A DNA stretch of 64,000 nt. Origin: Chloroflexota bacterium. Its GTDB lineage: Bacteria; Chloroflexota; Anaerolineae; B4-G1. Within the stretch, counting starts at the first letter, position 1, and each line of letters opens with the position of its first letter. Position numbers and translations under genes: made by a program. The DNA lies in the NCBI GenBank assembly GCA_034189605.1, contig JAXHUO010000015.1, positions 8,321 to 72,320 on the forward strand, read 5' to 3'. The notes under the pieces were generated by a model that was not told the DNA's origin, did not search any database, and saw only the letters and a list, made by a program, of their open reading frames with translations. Shown here piece by piece: positions 53,593-63,700 of the stretch.

Positions 53593-55155
53593 GTGGCGAG
53601 AGGCGGGGATAGGTTGTGGGTGGCCGCAGTTACGGCACTGGGCGGCTACCTGCGGGCCTGTCAGATCGGTGGCAAAGGGCTCTGGATAGACGAGGCGTTC
53701 AGTGTCTGGCTGGGCTGGCAACCTGTGGGGGAGATGTTGGGCTGGCTGGTCCGCATTGACCAGCATCCGCCACTCTACTATCTACTGCTGCACTTTTGGA
53801 TGATCCTCGGCGATGACCCATCTACCGTGCGCGCACTCTCCGCTCTGTGCGGCACGCTGACCATCCCCGTGGTTTACCTGCTGGGCCGCCGCCTGGCCGG
53901 CGACAAGGTAGGGTTCCTCACTGCGCTGATCCTGGCTGTTTCCCCTTTCCACGTGCGCTTTGCCCAGGAGACGCGCATGTACACGCTGCTGACGCTGAAC
54001 GCTTCGCTGGCGCTGTATGCGCTGGCCTGGTTGTTCACTGACCCCCGCTCGGCCGAAGCACGGCTGGGCCGGCAGTTCGTAGACTTTTGGCGGGGCTGGC
54101 GAACCACCCGTCGCCGCCCTCCCATGTGGGTCATTGAGACCGACCTGGCCTGGCTGGGTTACGTGCTCTTCACGGCGGCGATGCTGTTGACTCATAACAC
54201 AGCAGTCTTCTTTCCCGTCGCCACAAATATTATCGTGCTGCTCTTGGTCCGCCTGCGAATCGCGAATCGCGAATCACGAATCACGAATCACGGGTTCTTA
54301 CGCAACTGGCTCCTGGCCCAGGTAGGCGTGTTTCTGTTATGGAGCCTCTGGCTCCCGGCCTTTGCCGTCCAGGGCGTAGGTGTCTACCGGGAGTTCTGGC
54401 TGCCTGCGCCAACGTGGAGCACTGTCGCCGGCGCGGTAGGGGCCTTTGTGAGCGACTTCCTGCCGTTGCCGCCCGCCGGTCTCTGCGCGGTAGGGGTGCT
54501 GTACGCGGGGTTGGCGCTACTGGGGCTGGTTCACTTCCGCCGCCGTCCGGCGCACGTCTTGTTTCTGCTCGTCACCTTCACAACGCCATTCGTGGGCGAG
54601 TGGCTGGTCAGCCTATACCGGCCCATCTTTTACGATCGCACGCTCATCTGGGCATCGCTCCCGCTTTACCTGCTGCTGGCCGCTGGCATACGCCAGTTGC
54701 ATCACCGGTCTTATATTATCGGCGTCATTCTGGTGGTGCTGGTGGTCAACACCCTTTCGCTGCGGGAGTATTACGTCAACTTCGAGAAGGAGCAGTGGGA
54801 TGACGCAGCACTGTTTGTGGCGGGGCGGGTGGAGGCCGGTGACTTGATTCTGTTTAATGCTACCTGGACGCAGATTCCATTTGACTATTACTTTCGCCGG
54901 TACGAGCGATCGGTGGCCGAGCACGGCGTGCCGGTGGATTTGTTTGACCGGGGTGTCCTGGAGCCAGAGATGTCTACAGACGATCTCCCCCGGCTGCGGG
55001 TGCTCGTCCGGAGCCACGAACGAGTGTGGTTGGTCTACAGCCACGACTGGTACACTGATCCGCAGGGATTGATCCCCCTGGCGTTGGAGGAGGAACTTGA
55101 TCTGCTCGACCGGTGGGACTTTTATGGCCTGCAGGTGCGGCTGTACGGGAGATAG
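53593..55155 (+). CDS. glycosyltransferase family 39-like (ArnT/PMT_2) membrane protein
   Basis: I prefer GTG 53593, because the track start at 53560 overlaps the predicted -10. GLWIDEAFSVWL and HPPLYYLLLHFW are typical of PMT_2-type GT-C enzymes. A soluble C-terminal domain follows. Confidence 0.75.
   Translation: MARGGDRLWVAAVTALGGYLRACQIGGKGLWIDEAFSVWLGWQPVGEMLGWLVRIDQHPPLYYLLLHFWMILGDDPSTVRALSALCGTLTIPVVYLLGRRLAGDKVGFLTALILAVSPFHVRFAQETRMYTLLTLNASLALYALAWLFTDPRSAEARLGRQFVDFWRGWRTTRRRPPMWVIETDLAWLGYVLFTAAMLLTHNTAVFFPVATNIIVLLLVRLRIANRESRITNHGFLRNWLLAQVGVFLLWSLWLPAFAVQGVGVYREFWLPAPTWSTVAGAVGAFVSDFLPLPPAGLCAVGVLYAGLALLGLVHFRRRPAHVLFLLVTFTTPFVGEWLVSLYRPIFYDRTLIWASLPLYLLLAAGIRQLHHRSYIIGVILVVLVVNTLSLREYYVNFEKEQWDDAALFVAGRVEAGDLILFNATWTQIPFDYYFRRYERSVAEHGVPVDLFDRGVLEPEMSTDDLPRLRVLVRSHERVWLVYSHDWYTDPQGLIPLALEEELDLLDRWDFYGLQVRLYGR
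54255..54296. repeat. heptanucleotide tandem repeat, RCGAATC x5 plus one degenerate unit (42 nt), in-frame in the GT39-like gene
   Basis: Units are gcgaatc gcgaatc gcgaatc acgaatc acgaatc acgggtt. The tract encodes RIANRESRITNHGF. Confidence 0.85.
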
Positions 55156-55178
55156 GGCCAGGGAATGGAGGAGGGGAA

Positions 55179-56735
55179 ATGACTGAAAAGTCGCTCATCA
55201 TCATCGGGGCCGGACTGGCTGGCCTATCCACCGGCTGCTACGCCCAGATGAACGGCTACCAAAGTCACATCTTCGAACACCATGCTGTTCCAGGTGGAGT
55301 GGCAGCCACCTGGAAACGGAAGGGCTACCTCATTGACGGTGGCATCCACTTTGTCACGGGTCACAAGCCGGGCACTGCGCTCCACGAGTTGTACCGTGAG
55401 TTGGGCATCGTCCCTGCCACTCGCTTCGTGGATATGACCACCTACGGCCGTTTTACCGACGAGGTCAGTGGACGCAGCGTGGAGGTCACACATGACCTGA
55501 ACCGCCTGGCCGACGACTTGAAGGCGCTTGCACCAGGCGATGCCCGGGTCATTGGCGAGTTGATCGCGTGCGCTTGCGCCATGCGAGGGCTCGACATGAG
55601 CGAGATGGGAATGAGCAAGCCTCCCGGGTTGGCGGGCCCCCTGGATCAGCTCAAAGAGATATGGAACGTGCGCCATCTGTTCAGGTATTTTACGGGCAAA
55701 TACGCCAGGCCTGTCGCCGACTATGTACAGGCCGTTCACGATCCGTGGCTGCGTGAATGCATCAAGAACCTGTTCCTTCCAGAGTCGCCAGTCTGGTTTG
55801 TATGTATGGTTCTGGGACTGCTTGCAGATGGGCAAATGGGGTTACTGGCAGGGGGCAGCCTTGACTTTGTCAGACCAATCGAGAAACGATACAAGACCTT
55901 GGGCGGGCGCGTGACCTACAAGGCCACCGTCGAGGAGATTCTGGTGGAAACCTGCCTTGATCGCAGCCAAAGGGACGACCGGGCCGTGGGCGTGCGCCTG
56001 GCCGACGGCAGCGAGCATCGCGCCGACATCGTGGTATCCGCCGCCGATGGCTACAACACCATATTCAAGATGCTGGGTGGTCGCTATGTGAATGAGGAGA
56101 TCAGAAACCGTTACGCGAGTTGGAAGTTGTGCCGCCCCCTCGTTATGGTCAGCTATGGCGTAGCGCGGGAGTTCCCGCATGAGCCGGTCCTGACCACGAT
56201 CATGCTGGAACATCCCTTTACCGTAGGCAACCAGGCGGTTGATGGGATATTTGTTCGCATCTTCAATTACAGCCCCAGGTTCGCCCCGTCGGGCAAGACG
56301 GTAGTCCAGGTCGAGTTTGAGACAGAATGGGATTACTGGAATGATCTGCAAAGGGAAGACCGGGCGCGCTACAACTCTGAGAAGGAGCGGGTTGCGGCGG
56401 AGATTCTAAAGCGGCTGGAAGCGCACTATCCGGGTGTCTCGTCGCAGGTGGAGGTGACCGATGTAGCCACGCCCTACACCACCTGGCGTTACACTCTGAA
56501 TCGCAAAGGGGCCTGGGGGGGGTGGTTGCTGGCGGCGGAAATGATTAATACGCAGATGAAGAGAACTTTGCCCGGCCTAGCCAACTTTTATATGGCTGGC
56601 CAGTGGGTAATGCCGGGCGGTGGCGTCCCGCCGTGCCTCTATTCTGGTCGCCACGTGGTACAACTCCTCTGCCATCGGGACAGGAAACTGTTTTCGAGTG
56701 GTGATCAATCTAGCCGGGCCCGAATCTTTGATTGA
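55179..56735 (+). CDS. NAD(P)/FAD-dependent oxidoreductase, phytoene desaturase (CrtI/CrtD)-like
   Basis: I prefer ATG 55179 (GGAGGAGGGG upstream). LIIIGAGLAGLSTG dinucleotide motif. ~518 aa. Confidence 0.8.
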   Translation: MTEKSLIIIGAGLAGLSTGCYAQMNGYQSHIFEHHAVPGGVAATWKRKGYLIDGGIHFVTGHKPGTALHELYRELGIVPATRFVDMTTYGRFTDEVSGRSVEVTHDLNRLADDLKALAPGDARVIGELIACACAMRGLDMSEMGMSKPPGLAGPLDQLKEIWNVRHLFRYFTGKYARPVADYVQAVHDPWLRECIKNLFLPESPVWFVCMVLGLLADGQMGLLAGGSLDFVRPIEKRYKTLGGRVTYKATVEEILVETCLDRSQRDDRAVGVRLADGSEHRADIVVSAADGYNTIFKMLGGRYVNEEIRNRYASWKLCRPLVMVSYGVAREFPHEPVLTTIMLEHPFTVGNQAVDGIFVRIFNYSPRFAPSGKTVVQVEFETEWDYWNDLQREDRARYNSEKERVAAEILKRLEAHYPGVSSQVEVTDVATPYTTWRYTLNRKGAWGGWLLAAEMINTQMKRTLPGLANFYMAGQWVMPGGGVPPCLYSGRHVVQLLCHRDRKLFSSGDQSSRARIFD

Positions 56736-56788
56736 ATGTCCATTTAACCGGGCAGCCACACGTTGGGTGTCTTTGGTATGCTCGACCA

Positions 56789-57751
56789 ATGGCAGAGCAC
56801 ATCGCCGACACACAACGACTCTGTACAGAGTTGGGGATTCTGTGTATAGCGCAACGGTTGCGCAACCGTTACGCTAATGGAGTGAGATGGGTGAACGCCC
56901 CCAAAGATTATCCTGGAACACCGCAACACCAGGCCCTGTTACAGGCCATTGCATCCTACTATGCAAATGATCCTCGTGTCCTGGCCATGGCAGTGTTTGG
57001 ATCACTTGGGCGCGGCACCTGGGATCGCTATTCCGATCTTGACCTCGACGTTGTGATCGCCGACGGTGTAGAAATTGATGTCATCCAGGAATTGAGGCGG
57101 TTGTGTGATTCCTTTGTATCCATCGGTGAGCGGGTTGCGTTGATCATCCCGGATGGTGACGATGCCGGCGATGTGGTCCTTGAGTCACTGATGGAACTTT
57201 CAATCCGTTACCATCCGCTCCACACAACCAGTCCGAACATCGTGGACAGCGTTCAGGTCCTCGCAGGGCGAATTGACGGCGCGGCCATCAAAGTGGCAGG
57301 ACTGGCAAACGAGTGCACGGGAGCCAGGCCGCTGGGCCGGATTTTGGATATGTGTGTGCGATATGCGGTTGGCGTAGACGTTGCTTTGCAACGACGACAG
57401 ATTTGGGGAGCGATTGAACTATTGCACCGAATGCGCGGACTTTTTATGGAGTCATTTGCCCGCGCCCGTAGTGGTGTGCGCGCTTACCACGTTTTTCAGG
57501 CAGAAGCGGATGCGGCCTTGCAGGCCCGGCTGGGCGCCACACTGCCACAGTATGATCTGGTCTCTGCGCAAGAGTCGCTGGCACAGTTCCTCGAAATCCT
57601 GGAGTACGATCTTGGGCAATTGGCGGGGGGGCAAGTTCAACTGACGGAAGCACATCGCAAGGTGTTGAATCTTGTTCGTATGAGACAGGCACATCTGAGC
57701 CCGAACGGCGGAAACGTCAGCCAATCTCTACCGACCGGAGGAGAAGTGTGA
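56789..57751 (+). CDS. Pol-beta superfamily nucleotidyltransferase with C-terminal helical domain (ANT/KNTase-like architecture)
   Basis: AVFGSLGRGTWDRYSDLDLDVVI NTase motif, followed by a ~200-aa helical region. The start is uncertain (56732 or 56789). Confidence 0.6.
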   Translation: MAEHIADTQRLCTELGILCIAQRLRNRYANGVRWVNAPKDYPGTPQHQALLQAIASYYANDPRVLAMAVFGSLGRGTWDRYSDLDLDVVIADGVEIDVIQELRRLCDSFVSIGERVALIIPDGDDAGDVVLESLMELSIRYHPLHTTSPNIVDSVQVLAGRIDGAAIKVAGLANECTGARPLGRILDMCVRYAVGVDVALQRRQIWGAIELLHRMRGLFMESFARARSGVRAYHVFQAEADAALQARLGATLPQYDLVSAQESLAQFLEILEYDLGQLAGGQVQLTEAHRKVLNLVRMRQAHLSPNGGNVSQSLPTGGEV

Positions 57752-58659
57752 AATACAACAAGTTGGTCAGGGACAAGATACCCGATGTCATCACGAGGCG
57801 CGGCGACAAGCCTGTAACCCGGATATTGGATGACGGCGCGTACAGACGGGAACTGCGGAGGAAACTGCAGGAAGAAGTCGCCGAATTCGGCGCATCAGGC
57901 GAGGTGGAAGAGTTGGCCGACATTCTCCAAGTCGTATATGCCCTGGCTGCGGCCAAAGGAGTCAGCCAATTCCAACTTGAGGAGGAACGAAAGCGAAAGC
58001 GAAGGGAAAGGGGCGGATTCGACCACCGGGTTTTCCTCATAGAAACGGTTTCGGACGGTAAAAATCATGTGAGGATAGCCGTCGGCTCGACGAATCCGGT
58101 CAAGGTCGCGGCCACGACTATAGTGTTGCACCGTGTCTATGGGGACCGAGTAGGCGTGGAAGCGGTGGATGTGGAGAGCGGCGTCTCGCACCAGCCGTGG
58201 GGCAACGAGGAAACGTTGCACGGTGCACTCAGCCGGGCGCAGACTGCACAGCGCAGGAGCGGCGCGACGCTGGGCGTTGGATTCGAGGGTGGCCTACTGG
58301 AGGTGCAGGGGCGCGTGTTCACCTGTGCCTGGTGCGCGGTTGTGCGCGACGACGGCGTGATTGGTATCGCTGGCGGGGAGAACGTGCTCCTCCCGCCATC
58401 GGTGGCGGCGGCCGTGCGCGCAGGGGCGGAACTGGGACCGGCGATGGACACACTGACGGGTCTGCACAATACCAAGCAGGGCGGCGGCGCGATCGGCGCT
58501 CTGACTGGAGGCCGTCTCGACCGCCAGGCGGCCTACGAGCACTTGCTGACGATGGCGTTGGCGCGGCTGCTGACGCCGTCGTACTATGAGCCGGACAGGG
58601 GGAGTGGACTATGCGTATTGATGGGATGTGGTTCAAGGACGAACACGGACGGACTTTGA
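57748..58659 (+). CDS. fusion of an all-alpha MazG/PRA-PH-like NTP pyrophosphohydrolase domain and a YjjX-type inosine/xanthosine triphosphatase domain
   Basis: The N-terminal ~100 aa (KLVRDKIPDVI...EEVAEF...EELADILQVVYAL...RGGFDHRVFL) are MazG-like. The C-terminal ~200 aa (RIAVGSTNPVKV...ESGVSHQPWG...GVGFEGG) are YjjX-like. Its GTG start overlaps the upstream TGA. Confidence 0.75.
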   Translation: MKYNKLVRDKIPDVITRRGDKPVTRILDDGAYRRELRRKLQEEVAEFGASGEVEELADILQVVYALAAAKGVSQFQLEEERKRKRRERGGFDHRVFLIETVSDGKNHVRIAVGSTNPVKVAATTIVLHRVYGDRVGVEAVDVESGVSHQPWGNEETLHGALSRAQTAQRRSGATLGVGFEGGLLEVQGRVFTCAWCAVVRDDGVIGIAGGENVLLPPSVAAAVRAGAELGPAMDTLTGLHNTKQGGGAIGALTGGRLDRQAAYEHLLTMALARLLTPSYYEPDRGSGLCVLMGCGSRTNTDGL

Positions 58660-60491
58660 TCCTGCGCGGCGTCAATTTGGGCGGGAGCACCAAAGTGCCC
58701 TTACGGCCCAATGGAGCTACTCACGTTCTGGAGGGGTTCTACGACCATCGCAACGTCTCCTTCGTGGGGCGGCCCTTCCCGCTGGAGGAAGCGGACGAGC
58801 ACTTCTCCCGGCTGCGGGCCTGGGGCTTTACCTTCCTGCGCTTCCTGATCACCTGGGAGGCGGTCGAGCACGCCGGGCCAGGCATCTACGATGAGGAGTA
58901 TCTAGACTACCTGTACCAGGTCGTGCGGAAGGCAGGCGAGTATGGGATTGATCTGTTCATTGACCCCCACCAGGATGTGTGGGGCCGTTTGTCCGGCGGC
59001 GACGGCGCGCCTGGCTGGACCTTTGAGGTTGTGGGGATGGATGCTACCCATTTCTCCAAGGCAGGGGCGGCGATTGTCCACTGCATCCACGGCGAGTCCT
59101 TCCCCCGCATGATCTGGCCGACCAACTACACCAAACTGGCGGCGGCGACAATGTTCACCCTCTTCTTCGGGGGCAACGACTTTGCGCCCCGGACGATTGT
59201 GGACGGCGAGCCGGTGCAGAAGTTGCTCCAGCGCCACTACATCAACGCCATCAAACAGGTCGCGCTCCGACTAAAGGGGTTGTCCAACGTCGTGGGCTAC
59301 GACACGCTGAACGAACCTTCGCCTGGCCTCATCGGCTGGACGGATTTGAACTCTAGCGGCGGTATGTTGCGCCTGGGGGAGTCGCCCACACCGTTCCAGG
59401 CGATGCTGCTGGGAGCAGGCTTTCCTCAGGAGGTCGAGGTTTGGAGCATGCGGCTCACGGGTCCCAAACTGCGCGGGCGGCGGCTGGCGAACCCGGACGG
59501 CGTGCGTGTCTGGCGCGAGGGGTACGACTGCATCTGGAAGGAGAACGGCGTGTGGGGTTTAGACGTAAATGGCGCCCCGTGCTTGCTCCGTCCGCACCAC
59601 TTTGTGCAGGTCGGCAATCGGTCGGTGGACTTTGCCAACGACTACCTGCGCCCTTTCGCCAACCGTTATGCCCGCGCGATCCGCTCCGTGGACCCCGACG
59701 CCATCATATTCGTTGAAGGTGCGCCAGGGGAGAGTCCTCCCGATTGGAGACCGGAGGACGTGCCGAAGGTGGTCCACGGTGCCCACTGGTACGATGGCGT
59801 CACCCTGTTCACCAAGAACTTTGTGCCTTTCCTGGGCGTGGATTTCCACACGCACAGACTCATATTTGGCCGCAGACGCGTGCAGCGTTCGTTCGTCGAG
59901 CAACTGGCGCACATCAAAAACTGGGCGGATGAGCGGATGGGCACCATTCCCACCCTCATCGGTGAGTTCGGCATCCCGTTCGACATGCGGGACAAGCGAG
60001 CCTACCGGACGAGTGATTTCTCCCTTCAGACAAAAGCGATGGACGCCAGTTTTCGGGCGATGGAGGCCAACCTGCTGAACTGCACCCTCTGGAATTACAC
60101 CGCCGACAACGACAACCGTTGGGGCGACCAGTGGAACGACGAGGACCTCTCCATCTTCAGCCGGGATCAGCAGGCCGACCCCGGCGACGTCAACTCTGGC
60201 GGGCGGGCACTTGAGGCGGTTGTGCGCCCTTATGCCCGCAAGGTCGCCGGGGAGCCCTTGCGGATGCACTTTGACCTGTCCAGCCGCACCTTCGAGTTCG
60301 AGTTTCGGCACGACCCGTCCGTGAGGGCGGCAACGGAGGTTTTTGTGCCCAACTACCAATACCCCGAAGGATACGCAGTTGGACTCTCCGATGGCACCTA
60401 CAAGATAGACCGAGAATCACAGACGCTCACCGTGCAGCACACGCCGGATCGAGAGACGCATACTATACGTGTATGGCCAGCCGCTTCGTAG
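58611..60491 (+). CDS. glycoside hydrolase family 5 protein (endoglycoceramidase/beta-glycosidase-like)
   Basis: 626 aa. RGVNLGG, the acid/base motif LNEPSPG and the nucleophile motif LIGEFGIP. It overlaps the upstream gene by 49 nt. Confidence 0.8.
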   Translation: MRIDGMWFKDEHGRTLILRGVNLGGSTKVPLRPNGATHVLEGFYDHRNVSFVGRPFPLEEADEHFSRLRAWGFTFLRFLITWEAVEHAGPGIYDEEYLDYLYQVVRKAGEYGIDLFIDPHQDVWGRLSGGDGAPGWTFEVVGMDATHFSKAGAAIVHCIHGESFPRMIWPTNYTKLAAATMFTLFFGGNDFAPRTIVDGEPVQKLLQRHYINAIKQVALRLKGLSNVVGYDTLNEPSPGLIGWTDLNSSGGMLRLGESPTPFQAMLLGAGFPQEVEVWSMRLTGPKLRGRRLANPDGVRVWREGYDCIWKENGVWGLDVNGAPCLLRPHHFVQVGNRSVDFANDYLRPFANRYARAIRSVDPDAIIFVEGAPGESPPDWRPEDVPKVVHGAHWYDGVTLFTKNFVPFLGVDFHTHRLIFGRRRVQRSFVEQLAHIKNWADERMGTIPTLIGEFGIPFDMRDKRAYRTSDFSLQTKAMDASFRAMEANLLNCTLWNYTADNDNRWGDQWNDEDLSIFSRDQQADPGDVNSGGRALEAVVRPYARKVAGEPLRMHFDLSSRTFEFEFRHDPSVRAATEVFVPNYQYPEGYAVGLSDGTYKIDRESQTLTVQHTPDRETHTIRVWPAAS

Positions 60492-60723
60492 CCGCGCTTT
60501 CCATAGCGCGCTGGTTTGCCAGTTTGGAGGATAATATGAACATCATCTGCATTATGCTAGATATTTTTCAAGGCAAATACGAATTGGCATCTGGGAGCGT
60601 CGAATGAATGTCTGTCAGTGCTCCAATGATCAGGGGGTGGTCGGACTGGCAGGTTCTGCCCTGCTGCGCTGGTCGGTGCGTGAGTCCGTCAGGCACGACC
60701 TACTGTGAAGGAAGCGGCATAAG

Positions 60724-63700
60724 ATGTCCAGGCGTAGAGGAAGCCAGCATGTGTTGCGCCTGTTCCTGTGGCTGGCCCTGCTGCTTGCTGTCGGGCTGGT
60801 CGCGCAGGCTGTCGTCGTAACGCGCCAGACCCGCACGCGGGGTGTCCCCAGCGGCTTCCCCGCGCCCGTGGCCGGAGCCGACGTGCCCATCCTCGGCGTC
60901 AACGTCGCGCTGGAGCAGTACGATGATGAGGAAGGTGAGGAACTGGAGGCTGCCCTGGCCCGCATCGCCGAGGGAGGCTTTGTCTGGGTGCGCCAGTCCT
61001 TCTACCGGAGCCAGATTGAGCCGGAGCCAGGCCGCTTCGACTGGACCGTCCCCGACCGCGTCATAGCCGCGCTGGCGCGCCAGCCCAGGCTGCGACTTGT
61101 GGCCGTTCTCGACGATAGCCCCCCTATCCCACCCGCCGACCCCGACCGCTTCGCCGCTTTTGCCGGAGCCTTTGCCGCCCGCTACGGCGCGCAGGTGGAC
61201 TATTACCAGGTGTGGGACGAACCGAACCTGGCGGCTCATTGGGGCGGTGGCCCGGTCAACCCGCCCGCCTACGCCGACCTGCTGGCCCGCACCGCCCACG
61301 CTGTCCGTGCCGCCGATTCCGACGCTCGCATCCTCCTGGCCGGGCTGGCCCCCACTGTTGAGACTGGGCCCCAGAACTTGAGCGACGTGCGCTACCTGGA
61401 GCAACTCTACCAGGCGGGGGCCGCTCCCTACTTCGACGTCGTGTCCGGCAAGCCCTACGGCTTCGACACCGGGCCCGACGACCGGCGCGCCCCTGAAGAC
61501 GGGACGGTGCTGAACTTCTCGCGATTGCTTCTCCTACGGGAGGTGATGGTGGAGCAGGGCGATGCGGGCAAGGCAATCTGGGCCAGCCACTGGGGATGGA
61601 ACGCGCTGCCGCCGGGCTGGACGGGCGCGCCTTCCTTGTGGGGCCAGACCGGTGAAACGACCCAGGCGGCCCGTACCATCGCGGCGCTGGAGCGGACGCG
61701 CGCCGAATGGCCGTGGGTTGGTGCGCTGATCCTGGAGCATTTCCAGCCTGACGCCGGTCCCGACGACCCACGCTGGGGCTTTGCGCTGGTGGGGCAGGAC
61801 GACGCGCCGCGTCCGGTCTACGACGCGGTGGCTGCCTGGGCCACCGCGCTGCCCGACGGTGCACCGGTCGGCGGCTACCCGGCGCTCAACCCCTGGGCGA
61901 CCTATGAAGGGGACTGGCGCGCGGGGCCGCTGGGTGCTGATGTTGGTCGCTCGACTGCGCTCACGGCAGGCTCCGGCGGCGACAGGGCCATCTTTCGCTT
62001 CGCGGGGTCCGCCGTCGCTCTGATGGTGCGGCGGGGACCGTACCGTGCCTTCCTCTACGTCACGGTGGACGGGCGGCCGGCCAACGCATTGCCTCGGGAT
62101 GATACAGGCCGCGCCTATGTTGTGCTCTACGACGATATACCCACCGTCGCCACCGTCCCCCTGGCGACCGGCCTCTCTCCCGGCCCGCACACCGTCGAGG
62201 TCCTGGCCGAAGGTGGGCAGGGCCAATGGGCGCTGGTGGACTGGCGCGTGGGGTCGGAACCAGTGGCCGACAACTTTGGCTGGTGGATGACTGGACTGGC
62301 GGCAGCGGGGCTGGTGCTGGCGGCGTTGTTGATACGCGATGCGCGGCGGGTAGAGTGGAGAACGTTGGCACGGATATTCCTCGGCTGGCCCGAATGGGCG
62401 CAGGTAGCCCTGTTGGCGGGGCTGACCGGCGTCCTCTGGGCCAGCGCCTGGGTCAGTTGGGGGCACGACCTCTCTCTTGCTTCCTGTCTCCCATTTCCTG
62501 TTTTCTGCTTATTTCTCAGCCTGCTCGTGCTGCCTGCGCTGGCCATGCTCTTTGCACTACGGCCTGATCTGGGTTTAGCACTGGTGGTTTTCACCGCCCC
62601 TTTCTATCTGCACCCCGGCGTCATGCTTCACCGGGCGCTCAGTTTACCAGAGGTGCTGGTGGTATTGTGCACGTTGGGAATTGCGGGTCTCCGAATTTAC
62701 GCATCTCCGAATCTACGGATTTCTCCGATTGACTGGGCCGTTTTGCTGCTGGTGCTGGCGGCGGTGGTGGCGGGGCTGGCCGCCGCTGACTGGAGGGCGG
62801 CGATCTTTGAACTGCGGACGGTCTTCCTGCTCCCGGCGCTCTACTATGGGCTGTTGCGTTTGGCCCGGCTGCCCGAGCGGGCCAGGTGGCGGGTCCTGGA
62901 CGGCTGGGTGCTGGGTGCCGTCGGGGTGGCGCTTATCGGGCTGGTGCAGTACGCGCTGGGGAGCAATGTCAGCATCGCCGAAGGAGGCCTGCCGCGGTTG
63001 CAGAGTGTCTACTACTCGCCCAACAACGTGGGGCTGTACCTGGAGCGGGTATGGCCACTCCTGGTGGCAGTTGCACTGTGGGGGGGGAATCTCTCTCCTG
63101 GGAGGAGAGGGGAGACATACCGCCGGACGCTATATGGACTGGCGCTGGCGGTGGTGACGCTGGCGCTGGTGCTCAGTTTCTCGCGGGGGGCGCTGCTATT
63201 GGCGCTGCCGGCGGCGCTATTGGTGATGGTGTGGCGGGCTGGGACGTGGTCGCGGTCACCGCGCCCTTATCGCTGGGCAGCGTTGGCGCTCGTCGTGGTC
63301 GGCGTGTTGGCGCTGATCCCACTCCTGCGCGTGCCGCGCTTTGCCTCAATGTTCGACTTGCAACAGGGCAGCACATTCTTCCGGCTGGAATTGTGGCATA
63401 GTAGCCTGACGCTCGTGCGCGAACATCCCTGGTTCGGCGTCGGGCCAGGCAATTTCCTGGATGCCTACCGCACCCGTTACGTCCTACCCACCGCCTGGGA
63501 GGAGTTTAACCTGGAGCACCCGCACAACGTCTACCTGGACCACTGGACGCGGCTGGGGCTTCTGGGCCTTTTGGCAGGGGTGGCGGTGCAGGTATCGTTT
63601 TGGCGAACCATATTCCATCGCTCCCAGCCCTCGTCCCCGAGGGCGTCGTCGGGAAGACCTTTGCATCAGCGACGACTGCTTGCTGCATGGGGCGCCCCCG

